Shown piece after piece: positions 28,294 through 37,734 of a DNA stretch of 64,000 nucleotides. The notes below the pieces were generated by a model, which saw nothing but the letters and a program-made list of their open reading frames with translations, ran no database searches and had not been told where the DNA came from. A program made the translations under genes and the position numbers. Within the stretch, counting starts at the first letter, position 1. Each line of letters starts with the position of its first letter. This DNA is from a virus. Lineage: Duplodnaviria; Caudoviricetes. The DNA is taken from positions 1 to 64,000 of IMG/VR virus record IMGVR_UViG_3300037067_003476. The stretch is one strand, 5' to 3'.

Positions 28294-28588
28294 AACAGAA
28301 AAGTCATTACTTTTATATATCGAGTGTAGAGCAACCGATCATACTGGAACTATTGATTCACGACAAATAAATGATGAAGAACGACAGATACTAGAGAAAT
28401 GGCATGGTAAAAAATTTATTGTTTTTGGAAGAATAGCTTTCAAAGATATCGGTCAAAAATCAATAACAAATTATGTTGTACTAAGCGATGAAGCATGGGA
28501 ATTGGCGTCCAAACTTAGAAGGGAAAGAGCCGATAGAATGTGGGGCAATAGAACATGGAGAACCGCTGATGAATACAGAACATCCTGA
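28286..28588 (+). CDS. hypothetical phage protein
   Basis: overlapping ORF; EKSLLLY.E pattern. Confidence 0.65.
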   Translation: MTKTEKSLLLYIECRATDHTGTIDSRQINDEERQILEKWHGKKFIVFGRIAFKDIGQKSITNYVVLSDEAWELASKLRRERADRMWGNRTWRTADEYRTS

Positions 28589-29027
28589 AGAGAAAATAAC
28601 TTTACTTGACAGATTAAGAACTTGGTATTACATAAAGTTAGACGCCATAGATTATTACATTCCAATCAGTATAGGAAGATTTCTGTACAGACTATCAGAT
28701 AAATACTACTATCTAAAATGTTTTTTTTGGAGAAAATATAATGTCCTAAGAATCAAAACGCTCGATCCAACTTGGCATGACAGGGATTGGTTATTGGCAC
28801 ACGCGATGTTTCAAATTCTTGCAGACTACGTTGAACGAGAAGCCGATAACATAGTCTGGGACGATATACCTGAGAATGAGCAGGTTCGTATCAAGATGGA
28901 TCAGTTACTTGGATGGTGGAAAGACTTTCTTGAACGCGATGAATATGACGATGATAAAGAGACCGCAGAAGAACTGAATAGTAAATTACATGAAATAATT
29001 AACATCCGTAGACATTTATGGAGTTGA
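28569..29027 (+). CDS. hypothetical phage protein
   Basis: WHDRD..L.HA.F..L..YVE.E...LW pattern; GGAG RBS. Confidence 0.65.
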   Translation: MNTEHPEEKITLLDRLRTWYYIKLDAIDYYIPISIGRFLYRLSDKYYYLKCFFWRKYNVLRIKTLDPTWHDRDWLLAHAMFQILADYVEREADNIVWDDIPENEQVRIKMDQLLGWWKDFLERDEYDDDKETAEELNSKLHEIINIRRHLWS

Positions 29028-29096
29028 AATAGTTTCATGGTGTTAACTATTTATACATGTAAATTATTAACACTAGATAGCTTTTTAAGGGAGGGG

Positions 29097-29237
29097 TCTT
29101 CTTTGTTTTTTTCTTTTATTTTTATTCTTTATCTTTTCGTTCTCTTTGTTTCTTTTCTTTCTTTATATATTTCTTTCTTTTCTTTGTTTCTCTACCTTTT
29201 CTGTTTCTTGTATTTTGTTTTCTTTTTTTGTTTCTTT
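29097..29237. other. Polypyrimidine (T/C) low-complexity tract in a non-coding gap
   Basis: ~140 nt almost entirely T runs punctuated by C/G/A. Confidence 0.85.
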
Positions 29238-29556
29238 GGGGTGGGTTATTGCATGACGGGAAATATTCTATGCGCTACTAAGCAGAGAGGCGCTAGGATG
29301 GACGATTTCTTTGGAACCAAAATAGATCTTTTCTCGTCTCGCATTATTCAAAATACGCAACTAACTGATAATTATATGGTTATGAAAACAACATCAATAG
29401 TTCACCAGACCAAAGAACCTAACAAAACACGAAAATCGCGTTTAAGGCCATTTACAGACTCGTGGTTGGACGCACAAAGATTTACCACCCGAGATAGCTA
29501 GTTGGCCGTTTGAATTAAATGTCGTCGAAATACAACCGCTTGTAGGAGATTATAAA

Positions 29557-30261
29557 TTGAAGGTGCCGGTCAATGTTGGGATCGAATTTGAATTCGCCGG
29601 GAAGAACAGGAAGTTTATTTATAATACACTAAAACAAACTGGCGTAAAAATTGGTATACAAAGCGATTACTGGATGGGAAACTATCCACTAACAAAACAA
29701 TGGAAACTTTGCCTTGACTGCTCAGTTACAGATGCTCTTGGTCCAATGGATAGAGTGGCGGGACTAGAAATAAAAACACCGATTTTTGATCCGTGTGATG
29801 TTATTGTTAGAAATGACGTGCGCAAAATTATGAAAGTGCTAAAATCTATTGGTTGTTTTGCGACGAAATCTTCTGGATTACACGTACATATTAGTTGTCC
29901 ACTCGACGATTTTAGCATACGGCGAAATGTATTATCGATGTTAATAGAAAAGCATTTTAGAAAATTTGTTAATGATTATAGAAAGTCTTATTGTCAACCA
30001 GGATGTTCACAAGAAAAGTATAGCGCAATTAGAACATTTCCTATAGACACATATCGTGGTGATATAACTCGAAACCACGTCGAAATTCGTATCTTTAATG
30101 GAACAATGGATGCTAATATGGCTTTGTCGTATTTAGACCGAGCCGTAAAGTACTATCGTATAGCACTGGAGTATAGAAAGGTTAGTCGTGAAGTGCGAAA
30201 TATGCAGGATGGATTGCGTAAAAGGGGACGAAGTGTTTGTAGTTGTGTCAGCAGTTGTTAA
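29557..30261 (+). CDS. Amidoligase (second copy)
   Basis: VGIEFEF, WKLCLDCSV, LEIKTP, SGLHVHIS, VEIRIFNGT; AGGAG RBS. Confidence 0.85.
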   Translation: MKVPVNVGIEFEFAGKNRKFIYNTLKQTGVKIGIQSDYWMGNYPLTKQWKLCLDCSVTDALGPMDRVAGLEIKTPIFDPCDVIVRNDVRKIMKVLKSIGCFATKSSGLHVHISCPLDDFSIRRNVLSMLIEKHFRKFVNDYRKSYCQPGCSQEKYSAIRTFPIDTYRGDITRNHVEIRIFNGTMDANMALSYLDRAVKYYRIALEYRKVSREVRNMQDGLRKRGRSVCSCVSSC

Positions 30262-30397
30262 CGGAGACAATGGGCACTTTGATGTTAGTCAAATAGCGAA
30301 TGGAGATAATGGAATCGTACACAAAAAGTGTATTTCGATTTTCGACAAATCGCCTCTCGCTCTGATAGACGCTAGGATGGTGCAAGATGATGGATAG
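30188..30397 (+). CDS. small C/H zinc-binding hypothetical protein
   Basis: CEIC...HKKC. Confidence 0.5.
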   Translation: MKCEICRMDCVKGDEVFVVVSAVVNGDNGHFDVSQIANGDNGIVHKKCISIFDKSPLALIDARMVQDDG

Positions 30398-31847
30398 CGA
30401 TAAAATACAATCGATATTCGGTCCAGAAAAATGCCTCATCCACAAGGGGATATCAGTTAATAGTGATAATTTTCGACAGTTGCCGAGATATGTGTCTGAG
30501 TTTCTGATTAACCATTATGTAGATCCAACAAGCCCCGGAAGTGGATTACAGACAATACAAAAGCTACTGGACGAATATTATGTGGATAGCACTAAAAGAG
30601 AACTGGTTAAGAGCAAGGTACGACAACATGGTTGTTTGCCAATCTTCGGATTAGTACGAGCCAGATACGAACAGCACAAAGATGTGTATCTTGCAGATGT
30701 CCCGTCTCTTGGGGATGACAAGGTACGAGTTGCAGAGTGTGTGTTGCGCAGGCATGGTGACGACTTATTAACTACAGGGGTGTGGGGTAGTGTCAATGTT
30801 ATGTATGACAGACAGTCTGGTAAATATCCGTTTATTGTTGCGGATTTTACTCCAATGCAAACTACCAAGATCGATATCAATAATTGGGTATTGGCAAGAG
30901 AAAATTTCAACACAAACGAATGGATAGACTTAATTATCACTAGTATTGGATTCAATCCATTGTCACTATCGCACGACGAGAAAATGCTGTACCTGTATCG
31001 ACTCATACCACTGATCCAGTGTGGCGTAAATATAGTTGAGCTTGGACCACCAGAGAGTGGAAAGACGTATACATATAGAAACATTAGTACGTATTCGCAT
31101 GTGATCAGTGGTTCAAGTACTACAATGGCGACATTATTCTATAACAAACTCCGGAGAAAGATAGGGGCTGTCGGAAAGTTCGATTGTATTTTGTTCGACG
31201 AGATAGCTCACGCAGATTTGCGCAGAGAGATGGTTGATATAGTTAATACGCTAAAGGATTTTATGGGTTCTGGGAAATTCGGTAGAGACGGAGAGGAGTT
31301 TTCGTCTGATTGTAGTATTGTATTAGCTGGTAACATAGACACAGACAGAAAACAGCGTCGTGTAAGTGGGTTTTACCGCCATTTATTTTCTCCGCTACCA
31401 AAAATCATATCTGAAGATAGGGCATTTCTCGACAGGATACATGGATATATTCCAGGATGGTGTGCTCACCAGATTATACCGAGCGATTTTGCAGATACAT
31501 ATGGCTGGATGATGGATTATTTTTCTGAGGTTATGCACAGGATGAGGACTAGAAATTACGAATACATAATTCAGGAACGGGTGGATATGCCGGGAATGGG
31601 ACAACGAAACAAAACCTCAATTCTCCGTCTCGCAACAGGGCTAATTAAGCTAATTTTCCCACACAGAACACACGAGACAATACAAAACGATGAATTGGCA
31701 TTTGTTTTGCAGTATGCAACAGATCTACGACAGAGAGTCGTTGATCAGTTGGCAGTAATATCTCCAGGTGAATTTGGTGGCAAACTTTCCTTTAACATCA
31801 GGGAGGGGTGTTATGCAAGTAAAAATATTGAGTCAACCGGTTCTTAA
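30387..31847 (+). CDS. BrxL-like ATPase lacking the Lon protease domain
   Basis: LPRYVSEFL, VELGPPESGKTYTYRNIS, ATLFYN, LFDEIA, AFLDRIHGYIPGW. Confidence 0.85.
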   Translation: MMDSDKIQSIFGPEKCLIHKGISVNSDNFRQLPRYVSEFLINHYVDPTSPGSGLQTIQKLLDEYYVDSTKRELVKSKVRQHGCLPIFGLVRARYEQHKDVYLADVPSLGDDKVRVAECVLRRHGDDLLTTGVWGSVNVMYDRQSGKYPFIVADFTPMQTTKIDINNWVLARENFNTNEWIDLIITSIGFNPLSLSHDEKMLYLYRLIPLIQCGVNIVELGPPESGKTYTYRNISTYSHVISGSSTTMATLFYNKLRRKIGAVGKFDCILFDEIAHADLRREMVDIVNTLKDFMGSGKFGRDGEEFSSDCSIVLAGNIDTDRKQRRVSGFYRHLFSPLPKIISEDRAFLDRIHGYIPGWCAHQIIPSDFADTYGWMMDYFSEVMHRMRTRNYEYIIQERVDMPGMGQRNKTSILRLATGLIKLIFPHRTHETIQNDELAFVLQYATDLRQRVVDQLAVISPGEFGGKLSFNIREGCYASKNIESTGS

Positions 31848-32379
31848 TATCGACGGGCTGAAATGGTTTCTAGAGCAGAATAACCTATCATGGGCTAGTT
31901 TCGATGACAAGATGACACATTTTGATCTCGGTGATTTGGACGGGGATTATATACCGGAGTTCGTGTCAAGACTAGCGGATAACGATTGGGCTAGCGCAGC
32001 TAAAAACAACGAGTATGTTACCAGTATTGTTGCCGAAAAGCTATATCCATTTTTGTTCTCGTCGTACAGTATCCTTGTAACGGATATTGATTATGTTGTC
32101 CTGGATAGTTTTAGAGATATGGTAGACAAGTATTTAAGAAGCAACTCTGTACAAATCGTTTCTGGATCATTGAGTAGTGCTCATTGTGCATATTGTATCG
32201 GCATCTCGTTGAGAACAGTTAGGGTGTTGTTAGATAATAACGTAGATAATGACCTGTTTGCTAATATCGTTCAGGCTCTAAAAAGTGTTGCACCATCGAC
32301 ACTTAGCGACGTTACGATAAAATGTCTGGGATCAAGAAAAATATTAGAAAAAACAATCATAAATAGCGGTAATAGTTGA
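31813..32379 (+). CDS. degenerate ThyX-like protein
   Basis: VKILSQP...FL...DGDYIPEFVSRL resembles the ThyX N-terminus; RHR...S.R motif absent. Confidence 0.4.
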   Translation: MQVKILSQPVLNIDGLKWFLEQNNLSWASFDDKMTHFDLGDLDGDYIPEFVSRLADNDWASAAKNNEYVTSIVAEKLYPFLFSSYSILVTDIDYVVLDSFRDMVDKYLRSNSVQIVSGSLSSAHCAYCIGISLRTVRVLLDNNVDNDLFANIVQALKSVAPSTLSDVTIKCLGSRKILEKTIINSGNS

Positions 32380-32395
32380 TAGGAGGGTACGGCGC

Positions 32396-33247
32396 ATGGA
32401 CTACATTAGCGCCTTCAAGTCATACCTAGTATCCGAATGTGGTTTATCCAAAGGAACAGTAGGTGGATATGTATATGATGTTCAAGAGTTTATGAAATTT
32501 TTATTGGCAAATGGATTGGACTATTCTGGTCGCTCAGTTGACCTGTTTCTAAATTCACTCAAACTAAAATCGTCTACACTTAACAGAAAACGTATGTCTA
32601 TTAGAGCACTCTACAGATATATGGTTTCTATCAACAAAATACAGGCAAACGAACTATTGATGATAGACCCAATCAAAACAGATTGGCAACAAATGCCAGC
32701 GTTAACATATGATCAATACAAGAAAATTATACAGATAGCCAATGAGCGAGACGCGGCAATTATGGTTACGTTATGTGTGTCGGGCATGAGAGTCAGCGAA
32801 TTATGCCAGATGAATGTTGGTGATGTGAGAGAATCTGTCGACACAATTCGTATCATGGGAAAGGGTAAGGTTGAGAGATTGGTTATTATTTCGACCGAAT
32901 GTAGAAAAATTATCATTGATTACGTTAACGGATGGAGGTCGAGGTTCGCGGTGCCAGATAATAATGCAATGTTTATAAAACAAGACGGTAGTAGATTAAC
33001 CAGGCGTGCTGTAAGTGACATGATATGCCGACTTGCTAATAAGGCTGGTGTACAACATTCTACGTCGCACACAATGAGGCGAACATATGCGACAATGGCC
33101 ATGAATAATGGCGTTGATATAAAGGATGTTCAGATGCTGCTTGGACACAAATCTATTAGCGCAACACAAAGGTATCTTGGATTAAGCCGTGATAGGCTTA
33201 TGAGTGTCTATCGTAGGTTTCATCCATCTTGCTGTGAGGTGTCGTAA
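32396..33247 (+). CDS. XerC/D-type tyrosine recombinase
   Basis: SGMRVSE, GKGKVER, HTMRRTYAT, LLGH..I..TQRY. Confidence 0.95.
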   Translation: MDYISAFKSYLVSECGLSKGTVGGYVYDVQEFMKFLLANGLDYSGRSVDLFLNSLKLKSSTLNRKRMSIRALYRYMVSINKIQANELLMIDPIKTDWQQMPALTYDQYKKIIQIANERDAAIMVTLCVSGMRVSELCQMNVGDVRESVDTIRIMGKGKVERLVIISTECRKIIIDYVNGWRSRFAVPDNNAMFIKQDGSRLTRRAVSDMICRLANKAGVQHSTSHTMRRTYATMAMNNGVDIKDVQMLLGHKSISATQRYLGLSRDRLMSVYRRFHPSCCEVS

Positions 33248-33921
33248 TGGCAGAACAAGTAGAAGCTGCACAACAAAACATTATCGAAATTGAAGACGAT
33301 CAGTATGTGTCACCAGATCATCGACGTATCTATGTCTTTGGAAATATATCTGATGACATGGGTCTAAGAACAATACAAAAAATCCAACGACTTTCGACGC
33401 AACCAGACCCGATCTATATGTACATATCTTCTGACGGGGGGGATATAGATCCGTGCATGGCAATCATAGACCAGATGAGTGTGTGTCCATGTGATATTAT
33501 AACTATTGTTGTCGGCAGGGCGTGCTCTGCCGCAGCTATCATAGCAGAATTTGGTGTCAAAAGATATATAATGCCTAATGCGTTTATGATGTTTCATCCG
33601 ATATACTATTGCTCGGGCGAAGATTATGTAGATCAACAAACAAAGATAGCCAAATTTTCGTCAGAGCAATACGAAAATGTTTTGTTTATATTAAGTAAGA
33701 AATTGAGACGAAGCGTGCAGAAACTACGACAATTATTTGACAAGGGATTATGGCTTGGATCTAAGGAAGCAATTAAGCAAAAATTCATAGATGGATTATG
33801 GACAAGGGAACTTGAGACACAAGCAATAAATAGTGTATCCAGCGAGAAAAGCAATAGGGCGTTTATAGAATTACTGAGATTGTTTATCAATAAAATGTAT
33901 CCTTCTGACATAAGGGGATAA
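33247..33921 (+). CDS. clpP: ClpP-family protease
   Basis: ISSDGG, GRACSAA (Ser), MMFHP (His), WL...EA.....IDG. Confidence 0.85.
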   Translation: MAEQVEAAQQNIIEIEDDQYVSPDHRRIYVFGNISDDMGLRTIQKIQRLSTQPDPIYMYISSDGGDIDPCMAIIDQMSVCPCDIITIVVGRACSAAAIIAEFGVKRYIMPNAFMMFHPIYYCSGEDYVDQQTKIAKFSSEQYENVLFILSKKLRRSVQKLRQLFDKGLWLGSKEAIKQKFIDGLWTRELETQAINSVSSEKSNRAFIELLRLFINKMYPSDIRG

Positions 33922-33926
33922 TCGTA

Positions 33927-34415
33927 GTGAACAGAAGAATAATATCTGGGTATCTTAACTACTATATCCAACACTTCGATTCACTTATACACAGCGCGAT
34001 ACGACTTCGAGGTGGCGCAAGAAAGGATTATGATGAACTTTATGCCATAGCTATAGAGGAACTATTATATTGTTTGTCTCACTTTGATCGTAGGGGGGAT
34101 AGCTTTCTGAAGTCATTCATATTTGGACGAATCGTTGGTATACTTTCACACCACGATGCATGGATTAATAGATTGCCATATAGTCCAATACACAACTACA
34201 GTGCGCAATACACGGAATCCCCAGAGAACAAAATTTTGGTTGAAGAGTTGTTGGATATGTTAGACGGTACGTCTAGACGAATCGTTGTTGACCACTATAT
34301 GAACGACATATCGTTTACAGATATATCGCGACAGACCGGTATTTCGTATGGGATTGTTTGGAGAAAGGGGCAAAAGGCTATAAGGGATTTGAAAAGGATG
34401 GTGCTATGTGGATAA
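33927..34415 (+). CDS. Sigma-70-like factor (regions 2 and 4)
   Basis: DEL....EEL....FD..G, C-terminal HTH SFTDISRQTGISYG.V. Confidence 0.75.
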   Translation: MNRRIISGYLNYYIQHFDSLIHSAIRLRGGARKDYDELYAIAIEELLYCLSHFDRRGDSFLKSFIFGRIVGILSHHDAWINRLPYSPIHNYSAQYTESPENKILVEELLDMLDGTSRRIVVDHYMNDISFTDISRQTGISYGIVWRKGQKAIRDLKRMVLCG

Positions 34416-35088
34416 GATACTAAGAACAGTGCCGCTACAAACCCCGGTAGACGAACTGTGTGTCTATTTATCTGGGCCGATTGATTTTGCCACAAATGCT
34501 ACTGGATGGAGAAACGTTATCACAAATAGGCTCGTTGCAATGGGTTTTAGTGAGGATAAAATATACAACCCATGTCGCAAGCCACTTCCATCAGACCACT
34601 TTCTTTGTCAAAACAGCGAAGGCGAATTGCTGAAACAATATCGCAGCCTTAGAAAGTGGGCTCAAAGAGACGATTTGGTGGACCTACTAGCACATATTGA
34701 TTTGCGAATGGTTGATAAATCTGATATAGTTTTTGTTAATTTTCCGAAGTTTGGCCAGTCTGCGTTCCAAAAAGAGATAGCTGATCTTAGTAAACTATCA
34801 ATGAGCGACGATGTTCTTGCGTTTTGTAACAGCCTCATCGCGAAGTTGTGTGACACGCGTGTTCAGACATACGGTACAATGCACGAAATTGTTGTTGCGA
34901 GACAACAGAAAAAGCCAGTTTTGGTTATTTGGGAGGGTGGAATAAGCGAGTCGTCTGGATGGGTATCTTGGCTAGTTGGCCATGAAAACATTTTCCCGAC
35001 ACTTGATGACGCAATTGATCGCTTATCGCTAGTATTAAACGGACAAAAGTTTGTGGATAATCGTCAGTGGACAATATTTGGAAAGTAG
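34408..35088 (+). CDS. Nucleoside 2-deoxyribosyltransferase-like protein
   Basis: VYLSGPID...WR, YNPC, DLRMVDKSD, YGTMHE, KPVL. Confidence 0.85.
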   Translation: MDKILRTVPLQTPVDELCVYLSGPIDFATNATGWRNVITNRLVAMGFSEDKIYNPCRKPLPSDHFLCQNSEGELLKQYRSLRKWAQRDDLVDLLAHIDLRMVDKSDIVFVNFPKFGQSAFQKEIADLSKLSMSDDVLAFCNSLIAKLCDTRVQTYGTMHEIVVARQQKKPVLVIWEGGISESSGWVSWLVGHENIFPTLDDAIDRLSLVLNGQKFVDNRQWTIFGK

Positions 35089-35095
35089 GTAAATA

Positions 35096-35368
35096 ATGGA
35101 AAACAAGGTTGAGAGTTTTGTAAAGGCTATGTCTGCGGCTGTAGAGGCATTGGCCGAGATTAATCCAGATGCCATGAAGTCTCTTGTAGAAGGCACAAAT
35201 ATTCCTGTCGGACTAAGAGATACTGCTAAGTTTAATTTGCCTGTAGACTTTGTTACGAGAGAAGAAATATCGTCATTGCGAAGAAGGCTTGCTGCATCTG
35301 TTGCGGCAGAGAAATGGACCGAGGGATTTGTGTTCGCATTGTGGCTGGTACGAGCTTTGGCTGTTTGA
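35096..35368 (+). CDS. hypothetical protein
   Basis: AGGT RBS. Confidence 0.65.
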   Translation: MENKVESFVKAMSAAVEALAEINPDAMKSLVEGTNIPVGLRDTAKFNLPVDFVTREEISSLRRRLAASVAAEKWTEGFVFALWLVRALAV

Positions 35369-35379
35369 GGAGAACCAAC

Positions 35380-35928
35380 GTGAAGAAGATAATCTGTTGC
35401 GTGGCCGTGTGTTTGTTGTTAGTTATCGGGTGTGGTAGAAGTATCAATGTGGCAGAAGACTCGTTGAGTCGATATGTTAAGGTAAATGACGAGGTAAGGA
35501 CGGCGCTGTTTGTAAAGGCGTGGGGGCTAAATCGAGCGGCAATCACTGAAAGTCGCCAGAAATTAACAAAAACAGCAGAACTGGCACTAGTTGAATCTGC
35601 CCAGGATGGTAAGGTTGACACATCGGTAGCGAGGAATGTCGTGTCTAGCCTTGAAACAGAACTTGGAAAGGACGAGGTTGTTAGTAGCGAAAACTTTGCA
35701 TATCTATCGTTCTTAATGGTCGCAGGTGAACGTGCCGATTCACTCGGTGGCAACGTTGAATTTTACTTAGAGTCGCAGAAACCAATCTGGAAACAATTAT
35801 CATCAGAAGCAAAGCACGGAGTAGATTCTATCGTTGCCGAATTTGATGCGTGGAGCAAGATTATATCTTCGCTAAAGTCATTATTGCCTGATAGCTGGAC
35901 TGGCACCACGACACAAGCATCAAACTGA
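35380..35928 (+). CDS. putative lipoprotein
   Basis: GTG start after GAGGAG; MKKIICCVAVCLLLVIG-C lipobox. Confidence 0.7.
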   Translation: MKKIICCVAVCLLLVIGCGRSINVAEDSLSRYVKVNDEVRTALFVKAWGLNRAAITESRQKLTKTAELALVESAQDGKVDTSVARNVVSSLETELGKDEVVSSENFAYLSFLMVAGERADSLGGNVEFYLESQKPIWKQLSSEAKHGVDSIVAEFDAWSKIISSLKSLLPDSWTGTTTQASN

Positions 35929-35951
35929 GATAAGCGTTTTCTGTTTTGTTC

Positions 35952-35985
35952 GTGGGCTAGATTAATCTGGCCCACACCTTTATTT
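35952..35985 (+). terminator. Hairpin, probable terminator ahead of the sugar operon
   Basis: GTGGGCTAGAT-TA-ATCTGGCCCAC followed by CTTTATTT. Confidence 0.6.
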
Positions 35986-35998
35986 GTGCGGAGACAAT

Positions 35999-36958
35999 AT
36001 GTCAAATCGGGTTTTGGTTGTTGGTGGCGCTGGCTATGTTGGCGGAAGCCTAGTTGATCAGTTGTTAAGTGCTGGCTACGATGTTGACGTGTATGATTCC
36101 TTGGTCTACGAAGATACGTATCTCAAGCCAGTTAATTTTATATACGGTGACGTAAGAGATTACGCAAAGTTATCAAGAATGATTAACAACTATTGTATTG
36201 TGGTGTGGTTGGCTGCGATTGTTGGAGATGCTGCGTGTGCCACAGATCCATTTCTTACTAGGTCAATTAATTACGAATCCGTCAAATGGTTGGTGGATCA
36301 TTATGATGGTAAGGTTTGTTACCCTTCGACCTGTTCAGTCTACGGTATAAATAATGAACTGATAACAGAAGAAGCTGTGCCTAATCCGTTATCTGTCTAT
36401 GCTGAAACCAAACTGATGGCAGAACAATACATACTCAATAAGGGTAATGACAATGCTCTTATTTTCAGACTTGGAACTTTGTATGGGTTGGGCGATAGAT
36501 TTAGTAGGATAAGATTTGATTTGGTCGCAAATGTTCTTGCTCGCAATGCTGCGTCCGGACGACCACTAGTAGTAAATGGTGGCGATCAATGGCGACCATT
36601 ACTACACGTTAGAGATGTTGCTGGTGCAATGATCTTTGGTATTCAAAATAATATTAGTGGATTGTTTAATCTGAGTCGAGAGAATTGTCGTATTCGCGAT
36701 ATAGCACAACACGTTAAGGGTGTTATTCCAGATGCCAACATAAAGTATGTCGACATGAACTTTGAAGACGCGCGTAATTATCGTGTATCTAGCGACCGAT
36801 ATCGCTCTTTTGGATGGAGACCAGATCTTGACCTAGATGTCGGTATCATAGAAATCATGCAACTCATAAAACAAAAGAGAATAAGAAATGTTGACGATCC
36901 ATTGTTTAGCAACGTCGACTATATTAGGAGATTGACGACAGGAGGGTGGGTTAGATGA
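35999..36958 (+). CDS. NAD-dependent epimerase/dehydratase (SDR)
   Basis: GGAGYVG, STCSVYG, YAETK. Confidence 0.93.
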   Translation: MSNRVLVVGGAGYVGGSLVDQLLSAGYDVDVYDSLVYEDTYLKPVNFIYGDVRDYAKLSRMINNYCIVVWLAAIVGDAACATDPFLTRSINYESVKWLVDHYDGKVCYPSTCSVYGINNELITEEAVPNPLSVYAETKLMAEQYILNKGNDNALIFRLGTLYGLGDRFSRIRFDLVANVLARNAASGRPLVVNGGDQWRPLLHVRDVAGAMIFGIQNNISGLFNLSRENCRIRDIAQHVKGVIPDANIKYVDMNFEDARNYRVSSDRYRSFGWRPDLDLDVGIIEIMQLIKQKRIRNVDDPLFSNVDYIRRLTTGGWVR

Positions 36959-37734
36959 TTATACTTGGTGCTACAGGAATGCTTGGAAGACAACTGGTCA
37001 AATTGTTTCCAGGATGGGAAAAGTACAGTTCCAAAGAATTTGACTTTTCAAAAGTAGATAATATATATAGGTTCGCAAATTCACTTGATCCAAACGATGT
37101 TGTAATTAATGCATGTGGGCTACTACGCCAACACCTGTCTGACGACCCCACTCCAGAAGAATATCAAAGGGCATTTAACCTAAACTGTTTTTTGCCACAG
37201 GTGCTATCGTGGCGATGTAGGCTGCTCCACATCAGCACGGATTGCGCAATGGAAGGTACAAAAGGGAACTATACAGAAAACGATTTGCCAGACGGGAAAG
37301 ACCTGTACGCGAGATCGAAATCGCTTGGCGAGGCACCATCGAGAGCTATGGTCATACGCACATCTATCATAGGAAAGGAAGACAAAAATTTCAAGGGATT
37401 GATGGCATGGTTCTTAAGCCAAACTAAGGCCAATGGGTTTACAAACCACATGTGGAATGGCATGACGACAAATGAGTTGGCGAGATGTATTAGGATGATT
37501 GTCGACAACGATTGGTGGGAACCAGGACTATTCCATCTATACAGCAACACTGTTAGTAAATACGATCTGCTTAGTATGATTAATTTGTATAGAAAGAATC
37601 CTGCAACAATTACTCCGATTAAGGCCGACAAGGTTGTCGACAGAACATTGAGAACAATACATCCGGAATTCATGAATAGGTTTTGCATTAGAACACTATC
37701 CGACCAAATCAAAGAGGCCATGATCAATGAGTAA
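36955..37734 (+). CDS. rmlD: dTDP-4-dehydrorhamnose reductase-like SDR
   Basis: GATGMLG, HISTDC, YARSKSLGE, RTSIIG. Confidence 0.85.
   Translation: MIILGATGMLGRQLVKLFPGWEKYSSKEFDFSKVDNIYRFANSLDPNDVVINACGLLRQHLSDDPTPEEYQRAFNLNCFLPQVLSWRCRLLHISTDCAMEGTKGNYTENDLPDGKDLYARSKSLGEAPSRAMVIRTSIIGKEDKNFKGLMAWFLSQTKANGFTNHMWNGMTTNELARCIRMIVDNDWWEPGLFHLYSNTVSKYDLLSMINLYRKNPATITPIKADKVVDRTLRTIHPEFMNRFCIRTLSDQIKEAMINE

Noticed and set aside
29037-29501. 154-aa Phe-rich membrane protein
   Set aside because: The open frame is a by-product of the T-rich tract; no RBS and aberrant composition.
30387-31847. Complete BREX defence island
   Set aside because: No other BREX genes in the window.
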